Source: Zygophlyctis sp. KS116 (lineage: Eukaryota; Fungi; Chytridiomycota). Taken from it: a stretch of DNA of 32,000 nucleotides. The translations under genes were made by a program, and so were the position numbers. Below are positions 20,701 to 31,400 of this stretch, piece after piece (position 1 is the first letter of the stretch; each line of letters opens with the position of its first letter). Location: positions 1-32,000 of the forward strand of contig BAAFSQ010000041.1 of NCBI GenBank assembly GCA_054661495.1. The letters are read 5' to 3'. The notes beneath the pieces are model-generated. The model searched no databases, was not told where the DNA came from, and was given only the letters and a program-made list of their open reading frames with translations.

Positions 20701-23274
20701 ATCGTAGCACTCTTCGGAATGAAATTTTTAAAGGAACCAATGTTGACCGATGGCCTCTTCCCGTCAACATTGAGAGGCTTATCTGGAATGCCAAGAATAT
20801 GTTCAAGATTGATAGAAAAAAGCCTTCAGATTTATGTCCTTGTGAAGTAGTTGCAGGAGTTCACGAATTATTCCAAAATTTAGTTGTGGTTAGAGGTACC
20901 GACAATCTTTCTTTGGAAGCACAAAGCAATGCTACCCTTCTGTTTGGCATTCTTCTACGATCTGTTCTCTCATCCAAACGAGTTATTGAAGAATTTCATT
21001 TGACAAAACAAGCGTTTGTTTGGTTATTGGGTGAAATTGATGCAAGGTTTAATCAGGCCATAGCCCATGCTGGAGAGATGGTTGGAACTATTGCCGCTCA
21101 GTCTATCGGAGAGCCTGCCACACAGATGACTTTAAATACTTTCCATTATGCGGGAGTCTCATCAAAAAATGTTACATTAGGTGTTCCTAGATTGAAGGAA
21201 TTGATGAATGTTGCAAAAAGTATTAAAACACCCCGACTGGAAATATATCTTGAACCAGAGTACAGGCGGTCAATGGATATGGCACGAAAAATTTATGCGT
21301 CGATTGAACATACAACGCTCAAGAAGCTGGCCGCAGTCACAGAGATAGTATATGATCCTGATCCAGTGAATTCAATTATAGAAGAAGACCGAGAAATAAT
21401 GCAGATGTATGCAGAAATGGAAGAAGATGACATGAGCCGTTATTCACCATGGGTGTTAAGAATTCTTCTAAACTTTCAAAAGAAGATGGCTAAGCAGATT
21501 CCCATGGAAAATATTTGCTCAAAGATTATGGAAGAGTTTCAAGGAGATCTTAAATGCTGGCATTCTGATGATAATGCTGAGAATCTAATAATTTTAGTTC
21601 GAATTGTTGCCGAGGATAAAGATGATATGGACATTGAAAATAGAATCGAAGAAGATATCTTTCTTCGGCGTATAGAACATAATATTCTCAACGATATTGT
21701 ATTGTGTGGGATTAAAGGAATATCGAGAGTATTTATTTCTGAAGCCAAGCTAACTGGGATTGATCCGGTGACGGACGTCTTACGGGCTGAAAATCCAGAA
21801 TATTTTTTGGAAACAGATGGAACAAATCTTGTAGAAATATTGTCCCATCTAGGAGTTGACAGCTATAGGACTTACTCAAATTGCAGCAACGAAATTTACT
21901 CAGTCTTGGGGATAGAAGCCGCTAGAGCAGCACTTTTAAAGGAAATGCGTAAAGTCATTGAATTTGACGGTTCTTATGTAAATTATCGACATTTGGCTCT
22001 TTTGATTGATATAATGACTACCAGGGGTTATCTGATGGCGATTTCTAGACATGGGATCAACCGGACAGAAGTTGGTGCATTGGCAAGATCTTCTTTTGAA
22101 GAGACAGTTGAACTACTCTTGGAAGCTGCGGGAAGTGGTGAAGTGGATAACTGTCGTGGTGTTTCAGAGAGTGTTATGCTTGGTCAGGTACCGCATTTAG
22201 GAACAGGAGGTTTCGGGGTACTCTTGGATGAAGAAGCTCTCTTGAAAGCACCTTTATCTCAAGTGTTTGAACAGCAGCAAGGAGTAATGTTTATGGACCG
22301 ATCTTTTGCCATGACACCAGCACATACACCCTTTATGGATCATTTGGCAAGCCCGATGGATAGTCCAATGCTATCCCCGTTCAATATGTACCAAGTAGAA
22401 TTCTCTCCAATTGGTGCAGACGGAAGATTGGCGCGACCAGGAAGCCCAGCATATGGTGCGGGATCTCCCTCTAGTCCAGGTTATAGGTATATTTTTTAAG
22501 CTAAATATCTAGTCCAACAGCTGGCCATTCTCCCACTTCGCCTAGTTACTCACCAACTTCACCGAGCTATTCTCCTACCTCTCCAAGTTACTCACCAACG
22601 TCACCAAGCTACTCTCCTACTTCGCCTAGCTACTCACCAACTTCACCGAGCTATTCTCCTACCTCTCCAAGTTACTCTCCAACTTCACCGAGTTATTCAC
22701 CAACGTCTCCCAGTTATTCACCAACTTCTCCAAGCTATTCACCAACGTCTCCCAGTTATTCACCGACTTCTCCAAATTACTCTCCTACATCTCCAAGTTA
22801 CTCGCCAACATCTCCCAATTACTCTCCCACTTCACCAAACTATAGCCCGACGTCTCCAAATTACTCTCCCACTTCACCAAACTATAGCCCGACGTCTCCA
22901 AACTACTCTCCTACGTCGCCAAACTATAGCCCCACCTCTCCAAACTACTCTCCTACGTCGCCAAACTATAGCCCCACCTCGCCAAATTACTCTCCTACTT
23001 CACCAGGATTTTCAGCAACTTCCCCGCACTATTCTCCAACATCACCAACTTATAGTGCGTCTCCGGCGTATTCTACCACGTCAAAAGGAGCCTCACCTGG
23101 TTATGGTGCAATGTAATTCAAAAATTGCTAATTTCATAGAAATGGAAATCATTCTCCGGCTCCTCAAACTTCTGTCTCTGAGAATCAACCTGATAGGTAT
23201 ATTGAATTAATTTTTAAAAGCAAAGAGATGAACAATCGTACTCGGGAGATGGAAATTCCCAAAACTTAAAGTAA
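17777..23274 (+). CDS. RPB1: RNA polymerase II largest subunit
   Basis: CPGHFGH, NADFDGD active site, bridge helix [16 protein letters not shown], heptad CTD. Introns 17867-17892, 18148-18174, 18661-18691, 18809-18833, 22487-22512 and probably 23113-23139 and 23197-23225. The 3' end is uncertain (alternative stop at 23116). Confidence 0.98.
22526..23050 (+). repeat. RPB1 CTD heptad array
   Basis: HSPTSPS, then 21 heptads from 22547 (11 YSPTSPS, 10 YSPTSPN), then [21 protein letters not shown]. Confidence 0.97.
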
Positions 23275-23689
23275 TTCGCCATCTCATTCTAAAAAATAGG
23301 AAATCACCAGATTCTTCCAAGAGCTGATCGTTAATTGCCCTGATATTTCATCAATGGAATTTCATTGTTTGATTTGAACAGCGAATAAAGTTTTTTCTGT
23401 TTTTTGAATTACTTTACTGAAAGTCTGATCAAAGATGGGATCTACGAGTTCTCTTTCATAGTCTGCAATATCCATCATCTTATTCTGCTGCAGTCTGTAA
23501 TTAAAGAGTCATAAATCTAAGATATTTTGAATTTGTCCGATAAGTGCCACATACCAAGTATACCATTGGTCTAAAATTGGAAAATGATTTCTGTTGGAAC
23601 AAATGTTTGTTATATAGAATCAACAATTTCAGCAATGTCGGACGAGCTCTTTACTGTCAGTATATCTGCAGATAGTTTTAAAAACAATA
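23266..23689 (-). pseudogene. Mosaic gene relic related to the neighbouring giant gene
   Basis: 23616-23689 matches 28289-28362 at 68/74 nt. 23266-23619 is a 118-codon frame interrupted only by three TGAs. Confidence 0.65.
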
Positions 23690-23977
23690 GAATGCATCTC
23701 AAGGAAGACGCATAGAGAGAATTCTTAGATCGTTGCTTCTATTACAAAACTTACGAGACGATAGTCCAAATGTTAACTAGAGTTCTTAGTCATCATTTTA
23801 AAACTTTAATTCATAAACCATTTTTATTTTTGTCGATATCAATTTAGATTCAAGATTCTGTTCTTTTACGTTTTTTTGTTGTTTTCCTGGAGATTTTATA
23901 GTTTTTTTGTTGTTTTCTTGAGATTTTTTTGTTTTTTTAGAGTTTTTTGTAATGGTTTATCATGAAATGATTTGAAT

Positions 23978-25297
23978 TCACGCTATGACAGCCCAAAGAC
24001 CTGTGTTCACAGAGTCAATAAAAGGATCATCGACATATTGCTTACTGGTATCTGGTAGAATATAGAAGGCAGACTTTAATGCATTGTTTGCATTGATGCA
24101 GTTTGTAGAAGTCACTGAACCAATACGACCATCAAAAGACCACTTGCCACAGTTTTTGCGAACATTCTTCCAAAGTGTTGATAAACCTTTAGTAATGGTG
24201 TCAACAGCATTCTTGCATTCGGTTATACGAGTGGAATTTCTTGAAATGTATGATGGGTTACATAGTGCAGCCTGAGCATTCAAACAATCTTGATACGGAT
24301 TACCCAATGCATCATTGTTGCAAGTGAACTTGAAATCTCCAATGTTTTGGAAAATATTTGAATTCTTTTCGCCAAAGGTGTAGCTGGTCCAGTAGAAAGA
24401 CAAGCTAGGGAAGTCCCTGCAGGAGGGAAAAGAACAGCAGGAGTTACAGTGGATGCACATCCACAACTTATCACTTGAGTACTAGCGATATCTCTATTTA
24501 TCAAAACTTGAAATTATTACATGATCATTCCACATCTTGGATTAAAAGTGCCATTCAGACGAGTATTTCTGTCAATTTTACTGACATTTAAATTTAGAAA
24601 ATAATTACAGATCTCTTAAATTGATCAAATTTCCAATCGACGCAGGAATTGAACCAGAGAGTTTATTGTAGTTGAGCCATCTTTAAGTTGAATTAAGAAA
24701 ATAATTACAATCTCCCCAAATCTTTCATTTTTCCAATTTCTGCAGGGATTGGGCCATTGAGTTGATTCTTCTCAAGCTTACTTGAATTTTAATTTAAGCA
24801 ACTACTTACAAAACTTTCAAATTTATCAGATTTCCTAATTCTGGAGGAATAGTCCCATTGAGTCTATTGGAGCCAAGAGCACTTACATTTTAAATTTAGA
24901 AAATAGTTACAAAAAGGTCAAACTTGTTAAATTTCCAATCGAAGCAGGGATAGATCCATTGAGTTGATTTTGGCTTAGATCACTTACATAATTACAGCCG
25001 TTGAAAATTTATCAAATTTCCCAGTTCTGATGGAATAGAGCCTGAAAGGCTTAAAGGTACCCAGGTTATCTGAGTAACCTTGGTTTTCGTAGAATCGCAA
25101 GTAACACCAGCCATTGGTAAAGTGCAGCAGCTGCTATCAGTTGATGATATATTCGTTGGAATAAGTTTCCCCATCAATTGCCATGATCGGACAACCCAAC
25201 AGCAATCAGGAGAAGTTGAGGTGCAAGTAGAAATCTGAGACTCTACCCGTAAAATAAAGGCAGCTAAAGTCAATGCCAAGATCTTGTTGTTTAGCAT
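23978..25297 (-). pseudogene. Secreted plant-type LRR protein with Cys-rich caps, probably inactivated
   Basis: Signal-peptide-like start, Cys-rich N-cap, four exact 72-nt exons (24911-24982, 24810-24881, 24709-24780, 24609-24680), each encoding LxLxxNxLxGxIPxxxGNL. Introns of 13, 29, 29, 28, 28 and 27 nt. An apparent 1-nt deletion near 24343 separates ...KRIQIFSKT from IGDFKFTCNND... Confidence 0.75.
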
Positions 25298-25465
25298 TTG
25301 TTTTATTTTTTTGAAAGAGAATAGTGGATCGGACGCCCTCTTACAGTTATATTTGGGGGTGGAAAGTCTCGTGAAGAGGCGCTCGAGATCTTTTGAATCG
25401 ATGCATTAATGATTGTATCGGATCAGATGATATTTCAAAAAATCTCATAATTATGAATTTTGTCT

Positions 25466-28400
25466 TTATTCTCTATATCGAATCACAATAACTTGTCCGA
25501 ATCCTGCGATGTAAATCAATGAGTCGTTTACAGGGAGATCCAGTGATGAGAGTGAGAGATGAGAAGGTATTGGAAAAATGCCAGTCAATGTTGGATTTTC
25601 TATCAATCTACCAGCTTCCCTTAATTTCCATACTCGTAATAAATTATCCGCAGTTAATGTTACTAAATTTAGCCCATTGTGTGATATTTTCCAGAATCTT
25701 ATTATTGAGCCTTCATGCGGTAATGAGCAGAGACGTTTTCTAGTGGGAGATAAAGCAAGTATATTTATGAAGCCGTTTTTTACATCAATCATACGTTCGC
25801 TTAAATGATCTATTGCACTCCTTGTAGTACTTCCATCGTAAAAAAGATACTGAGTTTCCTTATCTATCCAAAAACTACTCAAGTTTTCGGCAGACTTAAA
25901 ACCAACTTTAGATGACCAATACATGTTATCAACTATAATAGAATCTGATAAGAGCAGCGCACAGGATATTTTACTATTTCGTTCAAAGATTAGCATATCT
26001 TGTAGTGCGTCCCTCTTACTATCATGTAAAAATAACTCTCTTCCAGTCCAGCAGTTTAAGACAACAGCAGACTTGTCAATTCTAATACAAACTCTTTCAA
26101 AATCGGTAAATATTGGGTTTCGGGGTATAAATGAAACTTGTGCCTTTGAATATAGCTCAGTCAGTTCCCATGTTCCATTAGCGTTTGTAAATTTCCAACA
26201 TGTAAACATATCGTCCGAAATCGCACCAAGCCAATAGAGTTTTCGTGCCTTACAATACTGTATCCATATCTGACTATATACGTTTGAATCTGGGTTTTTC
26301 AAAAGAATCTTTTGCAAGTATAAAGAGTACACTACCAAGTTTGAATCAGAAATCCCAAAAATAATCGCTTCATTTGGATCAAAAGCACAAATATCAAATT
26401 TGAATTCCAAAGACAGAGATTGTGTTACTTCTCCCCCCTTCCACAATACAATATTCCCTTTCTCGTCCAATGACAGTGCATCATATATTGTAGAATCATC
26501 CTTTAAAATTCTGGTCGAATTACAGTATAGTAATATAATATTTGATCCATTATGAGGATTGACTGAATGCTTCTTGTTCTTTTTAGCCATAATTGATGAA
26601 TTTATATCACACATCATAATTGTTGTTTCGGCCGCTAAGAAAATTCTTTCTTTGCCCCTTGAGCTTGCAGTACATATTGAACTCAATTTTTGGCCCATTG
26701 AAGCGGTTGGAATCTTGTCGATAAGTCTTCCGCTATGAATATGAAATACATATATTTCTCCATTTAGAGACGTGCAGTAAAGCATGGATTCATCAATGGA
26801 GAATGAAATATCCTCAAAATGCAGGCCATCTGTTTTGATCAAGGAAATCCGCGAATGATTGTCGATTTTCCAAATCATAATATTCAAATCAGCCAAACTA
26901 GCAGCAAACATATCCTTGCTGACGGAAAAACAGGCTGTGGAATTTTCTTTCAGATCATTGCATTTAAAACGACAAATTTCGGACATTGTGAAAGCGCCGA
27001 GGATAATCGCACCACCAAAACTCTCGGAAAGAATCGCAACTTTGATACCATCATTTGATTTAGCCAAAATCCGATCGCATCTATGAAGCCTTTGAAATGT
27101 TTTTGATGAGCCTATTGACTTGTTTTCCTTTTCAGTGAATCCAGAAAAGGAGACAAACTCTAGAGCCTTATTGTCGAGGTTATTTCTCCAAAGTCCGGAT
27201 TTATCATTTGAAAAAAATATATCGGATACGAATCCTGAACCCGGGATTCTTACAATAAGCTTTTTGGATAAGAGAGAAAAGATTGTTATTTCACCCGATG
27301 CACTGGAGTACGCAATCTTGTCAGAAGGAGGCAAATTAAATGCGCAATGTGCTATTTCACCTACAGGAAATTGAGACCCCAGGATCACATCAATTTTATG
27401 GTATGAATCAATATCCCACGCATTCACAGATCCATCATCTGAAACGGATATACAGCATTTACCCAAGGCTCTTAATGGCAACGCTGTTACAAAGATGATT
27501 CTGGAAGAATGATTTCCCATAGTTAGCCTATCAGGAGTATCGGATTGCAAAGATGTAGTAATGATTGAAGAGGTAATGATGTCTGTATGCCTTTGAAACT
27601 CCATTGCATATTCTTTAACTAAAGAACATGAACTATCCGGCAAACTGATTGCTAGACAAAACGATAGATCAGGAAAACGGCGAAAAATATCATAGTTTCT
27701 TTCGACAAATAAAGAAAAATGATTGAGTCGGTTTCGAGATATTTCATCAGCTTGTATGGCAGCGATCTTTCTTGATTGTGAAAAGAAAAACTTGAGATAG
27801 CTTCCAGAACCATTTTTAAACATCAACTGAATAAACGACAAAGAGCATAAGACTTGAGTAAGTGTGCTAGCTTTGACTTCAGTATCTAGAAAATGAAATA
27901 ATATGTCTTGAGCGCGATTTAAGTCCGATCCATTCCACACATCTAGTTTACTTGGATCACATTGACCCCAAAAAAAGTTTGCTATTCGTTCATTGAACCG
28001 TTTAGCTAAATGATCTTCCATCAAGTAGCGGTTTTTGATGTACTCAGCAAGCACGTTACTGAACAATACGAGCCTTCCAGATGGCTTGCGAATCAGCAAA
28101 TATTCAATTTTGTGATATATAAAGATCCATTCCATCTGATCAATCTTGAGTATATTCACGATTTCGCTTTCTAGAGTACCATTTTTTGAAAAATAAATAA
28201 GAAGAAATATTTCGCTCAAAATTTTGTTAAAGCGGCAAGATATACCACTTATGCAGTAATCTAAAAGTCCAAAAGTTGTGTCTGGTAGAGAATCAACAAT
28301 TTCAGCAATATCAGACGAGCTCTTTGCTGCCAATATAGCTGCAGATAGTTTTAAAAACAATATTTGATCCCCCTGCTTATTTGAAACAATTCTGGAAAGT

Positions 28401-31400
28401 TGGGTTTCCTCAGCTTGCGGAACCTTTGTTGACAAAAATTCCATACTTTCCTGTCTATTTAAACTTTGAATGGGCATAAATATGGAGTTTTCAAATCGTG
28501 CTTCCATATCCCGATAAAATGCTTCTTTGGAACTAGATGAGACAACAAAGCATATATTTTTCCAAGTTTCACTATTGAGATCTCTGACCTGTGGGATCCA
28601 TGAGTAAATGGGTCCTTCAATACATTGTAATTTGTGAATATCATCGATAATTATCAGTATCCTAAAGCCCAAAAATGAAACTTTTTCTAAAAGATGTAAA
28701 TAGTCATCCCAATAATTATTTCCCATTTTTCCAAAATGTATTTGCCGATCTTGCAGGTTCTGTAATAGTTGATAACAAAAAGTTTGCGCAATCCCCGAAA
28801 CATCATTAGAATCATATGAAGCATCCATTAAATTATTCAACACAATGTACTTTCCAGAATATTTTTGAATAAGAGTTTTCAAAATTGTCGTTTTGCCTTT
28901 CCCAATCTCTTCGCTAAACAAACAAAATATCTTTGATGGATTGGGATGGTGATGGTATTCTTGGGAGTCCAAAAAGTCATCGATTTGTTCCAGAATTTTT
29001 TTAGAAGATGGCAAACAAACGATAGAGGAATCTTCGACCATTTTACATTTTGAATTCAATTGCATCCACTGTCTTAATTCATTCATAAGTTTAGTCCCAA
29101 ATGCATCCATTTTGTTTAGGATCACTTTATTATCTTCAATATGGGAAAAACTGCATGTATATTGAATATTCTTGAAAGACAAAGCCCGGACTTCATTTTT
29201 GAGAACTAAAAGATTTCTATCTTCGATTTCATCAGTATTTTCAAAAACCCATTGATAAGCCTTTGGCACTGAACGAAGAAATGAATTATCACGTATAAAC
29301 ACTAGTGGCTGCACATTCATATTTTCCAAGGTTTGAATTAATCTTCTCCATAGTAACAGACTATTCTTATCGTTTTTCTCCAACACGCCGCCAAAAATTA
29401 ATATATGTAAATTAGAGCGCCGAATAAGATTGTCCAGAGTGGAGTGAATATCTTCGTCATCCAAGGCTGTAAGTTTTTCAAATGAGATTTCATATAACTG
29501 AGCACTTATACCCCGCTCTTCTAATTCCGTCCTTAATTTAGGGAACTCCAACATAATCCAATTTTTCTCATTATAAGTGTCAATCGTAGAAAACACTGTT
29601 ATAGTGAAAAATGTAGATATTCCTTGCGAAGAATTATTCTGCTTTTGAGCAGTAACGTTTTGTGAAATACCCAAGATATTTTTGGGGGATAATCTTAATC
29701 CCATCTCGACTGCAGAATCAATTGAGGCTGCTGGTACTTCAATTCGAGACATAGAATCATCAGTGATAGAATTGCCAAAAACAATTTCTCGGATATTCTG
29801 GTAAGTGTCCGAAGTGGAAAATCGAACATTCTCTCCATTCACTGATGTTTTAAGATTTGTAGGCTTGAAATAAATGAACACAGATGGTATATTTAGAGAT
29901 GGAATCAGACCATTTCCAAGTACCATATTCCTTATCTCTAGAATAGTTTTATTCCTATCAAATGATTGTGTATAAAAGCATTGAATCGAATCTGCCGAAA
30001 TCTTATGCTGTAGTACATTATCAATTTGCGAACAGTGCAAAAGCGTTTTAAAATCGAATAGTCCCGCATCAAAGGACTTACAAAGGCGAGAATCGGTGCA
30101 TAAGAATAACTCTAAAGATTGTAGATTTTTCGAATCAGTGAAGTAGTGATCAGCCCTTAATGGATGCAGCATTCCTAGTATTTCTTGCCGTTTTGTTTTA
30201 TTTTGAAGTGTTAATAACCCAAGCCAATATTCGCATGACACTTTATTCATTAATATAGACCAAAAGTAATCAGATAAAATGATTTCGTCTTCTTTTAAAT
30301 GCCGAGCGTCTACATATTGCAATTCTTTAATGAGTGTTAAATATGTAGAGAAGGGTATTTTATAATCTGATCTACAGCTAGCGGCCCAATTTTCCTGCGG
30401 GATAGCTGATGACCGTAGATGAAGTTTTAGTGTATTTTTCCAGAGATCCAAATATGTGGTCTTTGTAATTCTGTCAGCCGAAATGTTTAAATTTTGCAAG
30501 GTGTTAATAAATTTTTTCCAGTTACTTTCGAATACAGCATCTATTTCTTCTTCAATCAAGGAGTTGCTTATTTGACGAGTATAAATTCCGGAAATGATCA
30601 TTTTTTTAATGTGTGGGAACGTGAGCTTCTTTTTACTACACTCTACGTATAATCGATGAACCAAAGATAAATCAAATTCATCATAGCTTATATTCCCTTC
30701 AGAAATTTTGAGCATAGAAGACAAAATATCAAAATGGGATTTTAAAATGACCCCAAAAAATAAAGCATTTCCTTCCTTCGCCTCTGGTGAGTTAGATAAC
30801 TGCTCAAGATGCTTTTCGTAATTGTCACTAGTATTTAGAGTATAATAAATTACGTTTCCATATCCTCAAGAAAATCATTTGAGCATATAATATTAGCAAA
30901 TATGTCATTTGAAAGTAGATACTGCATTTGATATGGGCATATAAACCAAATTTTACATTGACCGCTGATATTTCGAAACCTTCGTACTAGAGTGGGAATT
31001 ATATTAATCCATTGGCTATCTACCAAGACATATACCCAATCACCACTCACTATAGCAGATTCAATTTTTTCAATCCATTTCCCTAAAGAATTATTTAATT
31101 TAATTACCATGCTTGTCTTCATCAGTTAAGCTGATCAGCATAACGTGATCTTCCTCTTTCATTTTAAAAACAGCATTTAAAAATGAAATAATCCCCATCG
31201 GCCTAAAAGTAACTATTAATATAATGCTTTGAGAACGATCTGATAAAAACTGCATCCAGCTTTCAACAGTACCCCGCTTTACCAAAGAATTTGATATTAA
31301 ATCAGATACATGATTAAAAGACTTTTGATCACACTTTCCCATCGAAAAAAATTGAAATAATGCTTTTTCAAAATTAGTAAATTTACGATTGAGCTTTTCA

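Noticed and set aside
11221-23274. MED16 near RPB1 as a Pol II functional cluster
   Set aside because: Separated by an unrelated flippase and plausible by chance; no evidence without synteny data.
23860-23950. T-rich tract with a ~30-bp imperfect duplication, considered as a retroelement poly(A) tail
   Set aside because: No target-site duplication or element ORF; the adjacent LRR gene retains introns. Treated as low-complexity 3' sequence.
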